64,000 nucleotides of DNA, from assembly GCA_013239625.1 (NCBI GenBank), contig MU054400.1, positions 3,074,282-3,138,281 of the forward strand. Reading direction: 5' to 3'. Below are positions 1 to 13,250 of the stretch, in pieces; positions within the stretch are counted from its first letter, which is position 1, and the number at the start of each line of letters is the position of its first letter. The stretch is from Lama guanicoe. Its lineage: Eukaryota. A program made the position numbers and the translations under genes. The notes beneath the pieces were generated by a model. The model was not told the origin of the DNA, ran no database searches, and saw only the letters and a program-made list of their open reading frames with translations.

Positions 1-1444
1 GTTACTGTGGCTCCAGCCAATCATGGATCATTTCTTACCTAATAGTCTACAAATAAGGTGTCTTTTGAACACTTGCACACTGTATGTACATCTTCGGAAG
101 GAATGGAGACAGATTAGGAAGGGCTGATCTTCCACTCGCTCACTTCTACTGCAAACCTTTGCCGCCGTTCCCCTGAGCTCGTGTGTTGGGTTTGTGTGTC
201 TGCTCTAATTTGGTGAAGTTTTCGGTTTGAATTAACCAGTTAGCTCTCCATGAGGGGAAGCTGAGGGCGAGGGAATGAGACTTAGGAGACTGGCACTATT
301 TTGAATTCCAAGCTATCTACCTAAAATTCTGTGATTCAGAGCAGCTCACCCTCTGATTTTAGAGGGAAGGGGAGCTCCCCAGGAATTTGATTCCATCTTT
401 ACCCCTTCTCCCAGGGTGGGGAGGTGTGAAAACAACCGGCCAGTCGGAGGAGTCAGAGCTGAGAGCCGGAACTCGGGGCAGATGAGCAAACAAGCGAATG
501 GAGAAGCTCGTGAGGTCTGGGGAGGCTGTGTTCCTTCCTCCCATTTCCTCCTTTTATACATTTTAACCTTTTAACACTTAAACTTTCCCTAGTATTCTAA
601 TTCCTGTGGCTCGCTCCTTTCTTGCTATTACAGTTTACTCATAGACATGATAAATGAATACAGTAAATGATCGCTGAAGGTCGACCAGATGGCTTGATGA
701 CTTCGTTTGCTCTCTCTTTGGGAAAACAATTGACAGGAATCCCAGCTACTCATTCTCCCGCAGGCAAGGGTGTGCAGTGATTGCTTCTGAAAATGCAAAG
801 ATAAACACGCTTACTGCATGCTTGGAAGCCCCGGGGATTCTGGGGACACTGGGGACACTCTCTGCACCACCATTTTATTCGAGAACGTAAGGAATTAATT
901 GTACACCTTGCTGTGGGAAAAAGGCACACCGCATATTCCAGATATCAAGATCTTTCTTTTAGGATTAGAATATGTAGTTGACACAGAAAAAATACTTTCA
1001 AGATGTTGAAAGAAAAAAAGAAGAAAAAACAACCATCAAGACTGCAGCTTTTTAGAACTCGATATTACTCAACACCTGCATGGTTTCTTATCTCTGTGGG
1101 GTAGGAGTGTCTATGGTTTCTCAGCGACCATAACACACCCATCCATAATCAAACATGAGTTCTCCCAAAAGATACAGAAAGAAAGCAGGGGAGAAGACAC
1201 AGAACTCCTCCTAGGAGTTTCAAAATATTTCCAGAGACGAGAGCTTGAAAGATCAGTTTCCTCCTTGGGGCTGTCTCAAGAAGTAGGTACATTGCTTTGC
1301 AGCTCACCCACCCTGGATCCCGGCATGAGACGGGCTCTCCCTGCCTGTGCGGAGGCCTGCACACGACCAGCAGGGATGGGGGGAACCGGGGACTGGACGG
1401 GACTTTGCAGTCACATCAGGATTCTGATCCATTCCATCTCTTAG

Positions 1445-1590
1445 TCATGCGCTCTTTCTGTGCCTCAGTTTCTCCATTTGTAAAATGGGGTTTTGGCAAG
1501 ATGGACTCCCAGGGACTCTGGCGATAATTCAATGAGAAAAATAGATGACAAACTCCTTGCACAAAAGAGGCATTTAATAAATGCCTGTGT
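1445..1590 (+). mobile_element. MIR SINE fragment
   Basis: MIR core CTGTGCCTCAGTTTCTCCATTTGTAAAATGGGG near 1458-1490. Confidence 0.75.
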
Positions 1591-1594
1591 GATT

Positions 1595-1678
1595 ACCTCC
1601 CTGAGGGCAGGACTCTCTCAGTCCCCAGCACTTCCCAGGTACTCAGTAGGTGCTCAAGAATGTTTGTGGAATAAATAA
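1595..1678 (+). mobile_element. L2 LINE 3' end fragment
   Basis: AGTAGGTGCTCAAGAATGTTTGTGGAATAAAT resembles the L2 3' terminus. Confidence 0.65.
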
Positions 1679-1834
1679 GTCATATTAATTTTTTTCCCAC
1701 TCCCTATCACTGCCACCCTAGAAACTAGGCAAAATGATTTACCTCCAGTGAAGGGAGGACCACACTGCCTTATCAGGAGAAGCCGTCGTAGGGTTTCATC
1801 TTCTAGATTCAGGTACTGGGATGCAGTACTGGGA

Positions 1835-2160
1835 GGGGGGATGTAAACTGACACACCTACTTTAGGGAACAATTGGGAAAACTAGTTTACTTAAGGTCAA
1901 CGTGCATGCCCCTGGAGACCAGCAAGTCCACACCTAGGAATTTACCCTAAGAACACACCTTTGTATACAAGGATACATAGACCAAAACATGGGTGTTACA
2001 AACAATGGGAAACAGCCTTAATGCTGCATAGCTCGGGAATCAGCAAAACTATTCTCTATATTCTTAATGTGATATTTTATAACAAAGAAAATTAATACAA
2101 TAGGACAATAGATGCCAGCATATATGACTCTCATTTATATAATTTTGAGCAAAAAAATTG
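1835..2160 (+). mobile_element. Old L1 (L1M/L1ME-like) ORF2-end/3'UTR fragment
   Basis: GACCAGCAAGTCCACACCTAGGAATTTACCC resembles the L1 'DPAIPLLGIYP' coding region; highly decayed. Confidence 0.6.
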
Positions 2161-3614
2161 CCGTTTGCGGAAGCAGAGGTGAAGGCAAGTTGATATCTCT
2201 GGATTTTTCCTTTTAACACCGAATTTCCCTTCGGAGGAGTTGAAACATAAGATCACAAAAATGAGGCAGCAGAATGATTCTCTGGTCTTTGGAGCAGAAT
2301 CACATGTCCTTCAAGCTACCACATGAACTCCGTACGTTGGCTTGGGCCTTGCTGATGGAAAACACAGAGCCTGAGGGAAATGGTCCTTCACAAAAGAGAA
2401 AAACACCGAGGACTGAACAGCGACACTTGGGGAAAAAAAGAAAGAGTGAAATCAAGATAGAGGAGACATCAGGGGTTTTTTTAATAAATATTTGGGGCTT
2501 TGAATCTCATGTTCAGAGCATAGCTGGTGACAAATTCTTTTCTTGCCGGTGCAAGTTGGTAACTGGAAATTTTGCTCTGATGAAACCGCAAATACATTCT
2601 CAGACAACACACTAACCGGAAATTCCCCACCTCACCCAGAGGCGGACAGATACGCAGGCTAACTGGTGAAATCCGAGAGCTCTGGCCCTGCCTGGAGAGA
2701 TTCCTTGATAACATGGAGGAGCAGTGGGTTGTGATGGAGGCAGAACAACCTCCATGGAAATCCCCCTGCATCAATCCCCACTCATCATGTGGGCCCACCT
2801 GGGAGCACCCTTCCTGTCACCTCCTCAGTGAAGCCCTCCTGACTCTCAGCCTGCTGGCTCTCCTGGTGAAGGGAGATTGGCACTTTTTGTGTCTCAGGGC
2901 ATTTTTTTTTCTTTCTTTTTTTTTTTTTGGAGGGGAGCCCAAGACTGAATCAGACTCCTGATGAGACAAACAGTATTATTCTAGCTCTGTTATCACCTCG
3001 AGTTCCTGAGTACTTGCGGACAGTTCCCGGGCAAGGCCTCACATGTGCTCCGTAGACCAGCTCTTCCAGCTGCAGGCTGGTATGCCCAGGCCTGTTCCTG
3101 GGACGCACCGAGGCCGAGGGTACACACGTCTCTCTTTTCCGACAGCACAGCCCCCGATTGCCTCCAAGGGGCTCTTCTTGTTGGCCCTTCCTGTCGTAAG
3201 CCCTCCCAACCCTGTGTGTGTACGGTTTCAAAGCCACTGACCCAATTTCCTTTCTTTAAAAACATTTTATCATTGTTTCCCCTGGCACTAAATATTTTTA
3301 TATCAATTGTAATCATTGCATCTATAGTATTCATAACTTCTAGTCAATAGAGTAATTTTGGCTCAACACAGAAAAGGAAAAAGTCCCACAGAAATATACA
3401 AAGGGAAAAAAAACCAAAAAACACTGCCCCTAATTCACATATTCGAAGATAACACAGCGGACTTTTTTGTATATGTCCTTCGCACACATTCTCTTTCCAG
3501 CCCTGGAGATACTATTTTTGATGGTATCAGCCTGTCTGTAGTCTTCGAGGCCTGCTCTTTTCCTTAGGGGTGCAGTGGAATACTCCCCACTATTGGTGAA
3601 TATTTTCTTTTCTT

Positions 3615-3821
3615 ATTTTTTTTCAGTTGAAGTATAGTCAGTTTACAATATTGTCCCAATTGCTGGTGTGCAGCACAATGTCCCAGTCATATATATACAT
3701 ACATAAATTCCTTTTCATGTTCTTTTTCGTTATAGGTTACTACAAGATACTGAACATAGTTCCCTGTGCTGTACAGGAGGAACTTATTGTTTATCTATTT
3801 TATATCTAGTAGTTAGTATCT
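3615..3821 (-). mobile_element. Short 5'-truncated artiodactyl-type L1 3'UTR insertion
   Basis: T-tail followed by GTTGAAGTATAGTCAGTTTACAAT...ATAGTTCCCTGTGCTGTACAG; homologous to the copies at 38358 and 50298; possible TSD 3601-3614/3822-3835 (2 mismatches). Confidence 0.85.
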
Positions 3822-6337
3822 TATTTCCTTTTATTTACTGAAGCACTGAAGCTTCTGGTGTCAGTGTCTCTGGGGCCTTGAAATAGCAGGGTCGTACTGA
3901 GAGTCTGATACAGCGGCTCCCAAATGCTTGGCTCATGGCTGTCGCCTGCTTCTCCAGTTGGGCTGTAGAAATCGAGTCACAGAATTGCGTTGTAATTCCT
4001 CCAGCTCTCCAGCCCCAGCTCCAAAGTTGCGTGCCTCAAACCTCTTCCCCGAAGACTCCTGGGGCCTCTTGAAAACTGACTCCAGGACATCAGTGTCCCT
4101 GCCACTCACACTGGAGGGTGGGTCCCAGCGCCCACGGTGCGTGAGGAACTCCGAGTCTATCCGTCCGGGGTGGGGTCCAGGCCTTGGGGTTCCCTCTGTT
4201 GCCCGGTGATCCTCACCCACCTGAGGTCTGTATGTACTGTTTCAGAGGAAACACATAAACACACAGACACGTGAAACTCTGAAGAAGCCTCCAGCAGCTC
4301 ATTTGTACTCTTACTATAGTTTTATAGCACATCACGATTTTGATTTTGCAAGCAGCAAGGTTCACTGTAGCCATTCAAACATGAAGATGGTGCAAGGAAC
4401 ATCTCCCTGTGCTAGGCCCCCGCCAGTGCCCCCACCCCAGGAAGCAGTGTTAATCACGCCGTGTTTCTTCCCTCAAACCTTTCTCTGTATTCGTGGCTAT
4501 AGATACAGAGGCTGTGGCCAAGTACCTCGGAAACTTGCCTTTCTTTCTTGCAATACCTTGAAATGACCGGTCTCCTTTTCCACCGGAGGCCTTGGGGAGA
4601 ATTATGTTTCCTACAGGAGGAACTGGAAGAGACAGGTCGATGTCCTCCTTCTGACAAACAAAAATAGGATCGCTGAACCTGCAGGAAGACAATAGTCTTT
4701 GGCAAAAGAGAAAACTTTTCCCAAGTTTTCCAGCAAAGAATGTTGGGTTATCTCTTTCCGACTCAGTACTGCCGCTCCAAGCTTCTAAGTTTTTCTCTGT
4801 GCGACACATGGGACCCAGAAAATACACTCTCAGCATCCTTTTTTTCCTACATATTTCTGAGTCTGAGTTTGCCAGGAAGAGGGAAATTTCTGTGTGGGGC
4901 CCCCAAGGTGATGGGAGATACGGAGAGGCCGGGGGGCCGGCGCAGGCCTGGGACTGGGCGGGGAGGCCACGCAGCTTGGGTCTCAGGGATACAGCGTGGC
5001 TCAGAGTCAGCAGGACAGGAGGAACCAACTGGATTCATGCAGTTATTCAAGAAGTGATTCTCTTGCACCAATTGGGTGCCTGATTCAGCTCTTAGAAGGT
5101 GCCAGGGAAGCAGCAATGAACCAAATAGGCCCAAATCCCTGTCTTTGCAGAGTTTCCCTTTGAGCAGAGACAAAGCTCCCCGCCCCACCAAGCCCAGCGG
5201 AGAAGGGCAGCACCTGGACGGGCCACCCCTGCCCCTTGTCCCACCATCAGCCAGAGCCTCTAGCCATAACCTCGCTGGACACCATCGTGGAACGAGGACA
5301 GAGAGGAGGAGGACTAGACTTTGAATTTGCAGACTAGACACCCCCAAAGAGACCATGCTAAACTGGGGCAGGGGTGCTTTATACCCAGGAAGAGACAGGG
5401 GTATCAAAAACGCATCAGTTGGCAAGTTTAAGTTCCCTACCCTCTAAACCTTTAAAGATTCAAGAAGAAGATGCAGTTACTACAGAAAACAAGCGCATCT
5501 AAGCCACAGTACTTAAGAGTTCAGCGCCATTTCCCATGCAGATTATCTTTGGCTTTGCTTTGTGAAGGTGGGGTCCTACCCACCCTCTTGGCTCTCTACA
5601 TTGTAGTTCATCGACCTCCATGTCACCCTGGAGAATCTGCCCAGCGACCGGTCCTGGCCACTTTTGTTGTTTGCAGCAGGTGGGCGTGAAGGAAGTCTGA
5701 CATCCCTGGTCGGAGAGTCCTGGGCTCCTTCAAGGGTTTTCCAACAGGAAGAAGTCACTGAAGATTTCGGTTGTATGTCAGTTACCCCAGTGAATGGGGA
5801 CTTACACACTGAGTGACACTGCAGGGCAGTTGCATGGTGAGCTCATTCAGTTTCAAGCGGGCAGCAGGATTCCGAGGGGTGTCAGGAAAGCCACCAAAGC
5901 CTCTTTGGCTGCGGGTTGCTGGTACTGAAACACAGAACTAATGTGGGCTGACTAGAAAGGGAGGCGAAGCCTCAGAGGGTCACTGCAATGTAACGAGAAT
6001 CTGAAATACACAATATTTTAAAGAAATGAAGTTTTGTGACATTCGAGTTGGGAAATTCACTAGGTATAAAATATTTACAAGATGACTTGATGATCCCGCT
6101 TATAGAGATTGTGAGTGAATAAATGAGTGAGTGAATGAGCCTCACCAGGCATCTCAGAGCGAGGGAAACATACCCCTCATGGTGTAAAAAATTACTGGAG
6201 CTTATAATGACATAGTGCATTAAATAACCTAAAACTGCATAGCAGAAGTTATTCCATTTGCAAGTCCCATCATGCATTCTGATTCCCTAAAGGAGAAAGG
6301 CTATTAATACAGGACTATGATTTGATGAACACTTTTT

Positions 6338-6431
6338 TTTTAAACAGAAGTACTGGGGACTGAACCCAGGACCTCATGCATGCTGAGCATCTGGTCTACC
6401 ACTGAGTTCTTCCCACCCTGCCCCCTACAGC
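6338..6431 (-). mobile_element. tRNA-Ala-derived camelid SINE (Vic-1-like)
   Basis: Minus strand reads CTCAGTGGTAG...GCTCAGCATGCATGAGGTCCTGGGTTCAGTCCCCAGTAC plus an A-tail; TSD AACACTTTTT at 6328-6337 and 6432-6441. Confidence 0.85.
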
Positions 6432-6866
6432 AACACTTTTTAACCCTTGTGCCTCCAAAAAAAAGAGAGAGAGAAAATAAATCGCAGGTTGAGAGCCTTC
6501 AGCAGGCAATGTCTAGGCAGAAGTTCATAATATGTGCTGTTTCCTTTAAATAAGTGTTTGCTGGTAGCTTTTATTTATGGACTGAGTCTTATATTCCATC
6601 TACCTGATGATATGATGTTTTCTTTAGAAATATATTTATTCATACAAAATGAGAGAGTAGATATAAAGGAAGGTATTAATGAAGCAGTACATGTAGTTCA
6701 AGATATGGCAATGTTTTGAGCATTTTATATGAATAACAGATATTTGAGAAGCACTTGCTAACACATAAATGATGCACATACCATGGTTCTTTAAATATTT
6801 GTTCCTTAAAGCAGGTCAGACATGTTCCTGGTTTATACTATTACTTGTTAAGTACCTTCTTTCTTT

Positions 6867-7542
6867 TTTTTTTTAACATTTTTTATTGATTTATAATCAT
6901 TTTACAATGTTGTGTCAAATTCCAGTGTAGAGCATAATCCTTCAGTTATACATGAACATATATATATATACATTGTCTCATTTTTTTCTCTGTGAGCTAC
7001 CATAAGATCTTGTGTATATTTCCCTGTGCTTTACAGTATAATCTTGTTTATCTATTCTACACTTTTGAAATCGCGTCTATCCCTTCCCACCCTCCGCCCC
7101 CTTGGCAACCACAAGCTTGTATTCTATGTCTATGAGTCTGTTTCTGTTTTGTATTTATGTTATTTTTTTTAAGATTCTACATATAAGCGATCTCATATGG
7201 TATTTTTCTTTTTCTTTCTGGCTTACTTCACTTAGAATGACATTCTCTAGGAGCATCCATGTTGCTGCAAATGGCGTTATGTTGTCCTTTTTCATTGCTA
7301 AGTAGTATTCCATTGTATAAATATACCACATCTTCTTTATCCAGTCATCTGCTGATGGACATTTAGGCTGTTTCCATGTCTTGGCTATTGTAAATAGTGC
7401 TGCTATGAACATTGGGCTGCAGGTGTCATTCTGAATTAGGGTTCCTTCTGGATATGTGCCCAGGAGCGGGATTCCTGGGTCATACGGTAAGTCTATTCCT
7501 AGTCTTGTGAGGACTCTCCATACTGTTTTCCACAGTGGCTGC
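6867..7542 (-). mobile_element. Relatively young 5'-truncated LINE-1 (ORF2p C-terminus + 3'UTR + polyA)
   Basis: ORF 7155-7544 reads QPLWKTVW...YDPGIPLLG.YP...MFIAALFTIAKTWKQPKCPS...WYIYTMEYY...ILSEVSQ, the L1 ORF2p C-terminus, without interruption; TSD ACCTT(C/A)TTTCTTT at 6854-6866 and 7543-7555. Confidence 0.95.
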
Positions 7543-10500
7543 ACCTTATTTCTTTATAGAAGTCCCAACACCACCCCCTAAAAATCATTTCTCCATTTCT
7601 CCCCACACAGGGGCTTTATGAGACGTTCACAATGACTTGAGCCAAGTGGAAAGAGGCTTTATTATAAAAGAAACTTAACATAGAGTATTAGACCCCAAAA
7701 GAATAATTATCCCTCAGGAAATTAGATCTAAAGTGTTTTATGATGAACAAATTTAGATGAGGGGACTTGTTTGGAAAGCTCACGGCATCTTTGACTATGT
7801 AGTGTACCTGACAGTGAATAAAGACAATCATGCGCACATCACCGCCCTCAAGTCAGTTTCCTGCCATTACAAAATCAGAACGGAAGGAGGGGGGAAAAAG
7901 GCAGCTTAATGAGTTGATATGGGGAGAGGCTGGGAAGTATGTGGATGGGCTGAAATAAATGAAGAAAGAAACAATAATAATGGGTAGAATCTTGGTAGAG
8001 AAAGGCTTTTATAGACAATCCACTCCAGGAGATTGAAAAAGCACACATCCTTTAGAAATTAATTGACAGATATGTGTTCAATTGCTGGCTTCACAACGTA
8101 GCAGCCTCAAGCCTAAATTTCTCTGTGTGTGTAATGGGGTCATTTATCTGGAGCAAAGGGAGGAGCGGGGAAGGCTCTGGGTGGCTGACTGAGACAGCAT
8201 TCCCCTCTTTAAGGGAATTTATAAGTCAGTTTTCGATAAGAGCAATTAGGGTCTACAGACATGATTCTCATGAAGATCAATCAACTTATGTCTGTTGTCA
8301 GACAAATATTTTCAGAGCGCAGCTAGTGAGCACGTCATTGTTTCTCAATAAAAAAGCACAGGTATTATTTTTCAAAGATTCATCAAATATTAAATTGATG
8401 TCTAAAGTCAGGACCATCCTTGCCTATGAAGATGCAGGTTTCTCTGTTAGTTGGGAGAATCTGGGCCCCTTTCTAAGCATCCATGGATTTCAGAGCCGCT
8501 GGGTTCAGGCACTGCTCTTAACCAGCTGCATTAAGGGGAGAAGACGTTGGCTAAATTGCCCACCCTAGAGCCATGAGTCACGTTTTCAACATAAAATGCA
8601 CTCTCCTACAAGTGATTAGCTCTGATCCCCCTTAATTCCTTACAGATCGGAGCTTTTGGTTCTCAGCTAATTTGCATGTCTGTCACATGGGCTGGCCTTA
8701 TGCTGAAAATCTGGCCCCAGCATGTTAGGAAACGTAATCTAAACAATGTCATCTTTGCTCAGTGGGGACAGTCCCCTAAGTCTGAGAGCCAGTGATTAAG
8801 AGTAAGCGGAGGAGGAGGAGGTGGAGGAGAGCAGGGTAGTGGCGGGTCTCGGGGGGCAGCGCAGGGCTCGCTTGGGGTCGGTGCACATGGGGCAGACGGT
8901 GGGGTTTGGTTAAGGCAGTGGGGAGACGTAGGCAGATGGAGCCCAGGCTTGGCGGGATGGGGATCCCACACTCATTCTTGAGATGTAAGTAAGAGAAGAC
9001 GGGATTTAACGTGAGGCAAGTGTGTCTAATGCAATAGCTAATGATAGGAGCCAGACCGACCTCCTCAGCCAAAGCAGGCACTGGCTAAGTTAGCCTTTTC
9101 TGACTGCCTGGATGGTATGAGACAGGCCCACAGGCATGGACAACCTTTCCTTATTTCCTTGAAATAGCAAAATCAGCTCATCACAGCATGCTAAGGGCGC
9201 TGTTTTGAGTACCAGGGATTCCAGCTTTGGGCATCAAGAACTTTAAGATTCCCAGAGCTTACAATTTTTTAGCTCACTAATTTCAGAGAGGCTTAGAGCA
9301 GCATGCATTTTGAGGTCACCAATTTAGTGAGAATAACGTATGGGAGAGCGTGTTCTAACCAGAAAGCTTTGTGCAACGGAAGAGCAGGCTGGTTCATACA
9401 TGATCCAATCCTGGGATGATGGGTGATGTTCCAAGGAAGCGCAGAGAAGCCAGGGGTCTGTTGAGAGGCTGAGGGCAAAGTCTTTATTCCTAATTCAGCC
9501 AGAGAACCCTCCTTTTCCACTAATATTCATGTTGGGATTCTAAGCCAGTTTCTTTTTAAATTAGAGGCACTTTTGGGGCTAGCATCACCATTAAGAATCA
9601 CTTACGTGGCCCAATCGCCCCTTACTTCTGGGGAGGATTTCCACAAGAATGTTGTCTCGTGACTGTCAGATGTGGGTGAACAGCCCTGAGCCGGAGACAG
9701 TCCCCACGCTCTTGGAAGTTACCTTCCACTGGGGTGGAATGGAGGACGTACAGGTATTAAATGCTGCATTAGAGTAAGATGAGCCGTAGGTCAGCTCGGG
9801 GTGCTCCAGGGCGCTCAGACTCTTTAGAAGTCTGTAGCTTCCTCATTCCCTGATAGGCTTCCAGAGATGCCACAGGCACCCTAGTTCACAGGCGCCTGGG
9901 GCTCTCCTCACATTGGGGATGGAGAGAGATCTAGGTGCCGGTGACTTGGCACTGCCATTTGCATGAAGCTTGCCCCATGGGCTTGCCAGACCCCTCCTAG
10001 CAGCAGATTCCACTCACACAGAACTGATCTGGGTCAGAGCTCCCATGGGGAGTGCATGCCAAGTCCTCACGTGCAGAAGTCTCTCCTTTTTATCATCAAC
10101 CTGCCCCTGGTGTCTCAGGTTCTACCCTTGGTCTCCCAGTGTTTTAGCTCCAAACCCCTATGTTTCTCTAACAGAACCTCACCCATCAGGAGAAGTTTGA
10201 GCCCCTGTGGTACCTGCTCCCAAACCATATTCAACAGGAAGCATGTTTCCTGTCTCTTGAGGGCTTACAGATGCCCTGGGCATCTGTAGAAAGAATGTCC
10301 TGGTCTCCACAGGATGGGAGGGGTAGAGGGAAAGAGATAGACGTTCACTCTGATCTAGAGTCACTCTTGCATCAAAGATGGTAAAATGCCTCTTTCTACA
10401 ACTAACACACCAAAAGAGAAAGAAAGAAATACATATTTGTATATATATTTCCACATATCAATGATACATTGAATAGTGAAACACCAAGGCTCTGCTACAG

Positions 10501-10569
10501 TTCCCTTGGTGGGAAATGTTTTGCTAGAGAAACAAGGAGTGAAGTGAGAATGTGTAACAAGGAGTTGGG

Positions 10570-11020
10570 ACCCACCTCAGGGTCAGGAAGTCATCTCTAC
10601 AGGGACAAGGAGGGAAGAGAGAGCTCTCGGGGTGGGGGTTGGGGAGCAGCATGTAAAAAGATCCTGGGGCAGCGCGGGGCCTGACACCAGAACTGAAGGA
10701 AGACAGGGCCAATGGAGATGAGACCACAAAGGAAAGGCGCATCAGATGAGAAGTGGGTGTGAGTCCCTGGGGGCCTCGTGGGCCGTGTCGCAGGCTGGCT
10801 TCACTGCAAGGGAGCAGTGGGCTGGCAAGTGGCTCTTTACTTGTATTTGCCCAAACTGGAGGAAGATAAAGATCAATATGGGTACATGAGTTAGGAAACT
10901 ATGGCCGTCATTCTGGGGAGGGAGAATGTCGTCTTACCTTAGCTGCAGGCAACGGAGATGGGGTGTGTGGTTAATTTAAGAGATGTTTAGGTGGTATCAT
11001 TGCTGGGACTTGGTTGGGTT
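10570..11020 (-). mobile_element. L2 LINE fragment
   Basis: Purine-rich antisense L2-like motifs (GTTAGGAAACTATGGCCGTCATTCTGGGGAGGGAG...AGAGATGTTTAGG...GGACTTGG). Confidence 0.5.
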
Positions 11021-11048
11021 CCATCAGAAGAGAAAGGTATTTTTTAGA

Positions 11049-11143
11049 GGGGCGGGTATAGCTCAGTGGTAGAGCGTTTGCTTAGCATGCGTGAGGTCCT
11101 GGGTTCAATCCTGGTACCTCCATTAAAGAAAAAGTGAAAAAAA
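11049..11143 (+). mobile_element. tRNA-Ala(AGC)-derived camelid SINE (Vic-1-like)
   Basis: GGGGCGGGTATAGCTCAGTGGTAGAGCG..CTTAGCATGC..GAGGTCCTGGGTTCAATCC..GTACCTCCA plus an A-rich tail; Pol III A and B boxes visible. Confidence 0.9.
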
Positions 11144-13103
11144 GGAACTGTTAAAAAAATTGTCTCCAAGTCTGGACATCAGAAAATGTGCCTGTTGACG
11201 GACATGGGGAAGACAAGAAAGCTTGTCACGTGTTCAGCTTTGGCGATGCTAAATCTTTGAGCCTCCTGAGCGCCCCACCCAGAGCTGCCGTCCCTGCGAG
11301 CCATGCACTGTGGCAGGGGTCCTGGGGCTCCTGCCAAGGGCACACAGACAGTATTCCCCAGGGCAGCTATAGAAGGCAGTCTCTGATCTCTGGTCTTTAC
11401 CTTCAGGTTCCCAAAATTCCATGGCCATCAGTGGCCATTTTTGAAAAGTAATTTTCTCTAGAATTCCTTTGAGGAAGGTCATGCTTTTGACCTGTGACTT
11501 TGATGTCAGGTGTTAATGGTACCCAGACTGTGAGGGAGACATAAAAAACAAAATCAAAGGGTAAGGGGGAAAGGTTTCCTTCCCCTGGGGAGACCCTTTA
11601 GTTCCCATTTCAGGAAGAATGGAGGGGTATGTGTTAATGTTTCTCGATGTTCAATATGTCCTTAAAATTCCATTGACAATTTAGCAACAAGGAAAGACTT
11701 TCTCACTTTTTTTTTAGCACATTTCAGAAAATGACAATCAACCAGGACTTCTCAGAAGTCAAGGAAAGCCTCTTTCATTTTTTGAAACTCCTGATATATT
11801 AAAAATAATGAAATACCAAAACAGAGATAGAAAAATTATGCCAAATTGAAAGTTCACATTAAAGAATTAAATGCTCTTAACCAATACATAATGCCAATAT
11901 GATCGAGCCATTCACAAGAGGATTGAGAGATTTAGAAACAGTATTAGGTCATAGTTCCACACAGGCAACGTGGGCGGGTAACAGGTGTGAAAATAAAATT
12001 TTCAAGAAGCTTAAAAACAATTTTACACAATATATAGTGAACATGTGCCAAAGTTTTCAGGATGTATTATTTGAGTCATTCATGGAAAAACAGAAGAAGG
12101 ATGACAACACCAATTCAAAGGGAGACGATGAGAACTGGGGTGTTTATGATCCAAGGGAAACTGAGAAATGATGACATAAAACGAGTGGATTCGATCCTAA
12201 TCGGGGACTATGCCCCGGAGCCACGCAAGCATAACCACTGGCTGTCTTGTCTGAGACTGTCAGTCACAGCATGATCTCCCTTCTTCCTCAGGGAAGGAAA
12301 ACTGGAGGGAAGTGGCCGGGGAGGTCCTTTGATACCTGCTCACCCAGGAGGGTCGGAAGAGCAGTGTGCCTCTGGCTTAGTGGTTTTGATGACTTACATA
12401 GGATTTGACATCCTTGCCAACTTCTGATCCTAAGAATGAAGCTTTTATTTTACTTTTTTAGAAACTTTGGTGTTTGGTGGGGGGGGTCGCTTCACACCAA
12501 CTTTCCCCCAAGCCCAAGGTCTGAACAGTCAGCTGTAGGCACTTAGAAACTGAAAGTTGAAAGTGACTAGCTTGTATTTTTTTTTCCCCCTTCAGCACTT
12601 TATTAACTGAAAACAAGGAGGATCAATAAAGAAAGGGGGGAAAAAAAGTCCTGCCATGAACTCAAAGCTGCTTCTTTTTTTGTTTTTTTTTTGTTGTTTT
12701 TTTTGTTTTTTTAAGGAAATACAATCAGTAGGTGTCATTTTGTGCCCTCTGAGCAGAGCCAGCATGACGGCTCTGACGGAGGCAGAAAACCATTAAGAGA
12801 CGAAGCATCATTAACCATTAGAATTCATTAGTGAAAACTATCAGGGTGCTTGGCTAATTCTGCAGGTTTAAAATTAGGTTTAATTTCTAGAATTAGACAC
12901 ACAGGGGAGATTTCTGCTGGTGAAGCAGTTAGGGGTGTCTGAGAACCGCCCCTTGTCTGTGGGGTGATCTTCAAACCATGTATGTTCTCTGTAAACCTTG
13001 CTCTCTCCACAGCTGAGAGGGACCCCAGACTCGTCCCTATGACCGAGTCCTCTTCTTTGGAGAAAGGAGCTTGGAAAGTAAGAGGTTCCTAACCTTCAGG
13101 GCT

Positions 13104-13250
13104 TCATTCATTTATTTGCTCATTCATTCATTCATTCATTTAAGAAATGCTGATTGAGCCCCTGAGATGTTCCCGGCGCTATTGCACATGCTGGAAATAG
13201 AGATGCAGACAAGATGGAAAAAAACTCTCTGTTCTCACGGACTCATGTTC
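13104..13250 (-). mobile_element. L2 LINE 3' end
   Basis: (TTCA)n tail followed by the antisense L2 3' sequence (ATTGAGCCCC...TGCTGGAAATAGAGATG...CTCATGTTCTA). Confidence 0.75.

Noticed and set aside
4450..5425. Two 192-aa minus-strand ORFs
   Set aside because: GC-rich, stop-poor DNA with ORFs on both strands and no recognisable protein similarity
7155..7544. 129-aa ORF as a host gene
   Set aside because: It is the truncated LINE-1 ORF2p C-terminus, with no promoter or true start
11049..11122. Apparent tRNA-Ala(AGC) gene
   Set aside because: Acceptor-stem mismatch, a 1-nt deletion in the T arm, a disrupted anticodon stem, an A-rich tail and three related copies in the window indicate a SINE, not a tRNA gene
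11899..12171. 90-aa ATG-initiated ORF with an acidic tail
   Set aside because: No recognisable homology or gene context; length is within chance expectation
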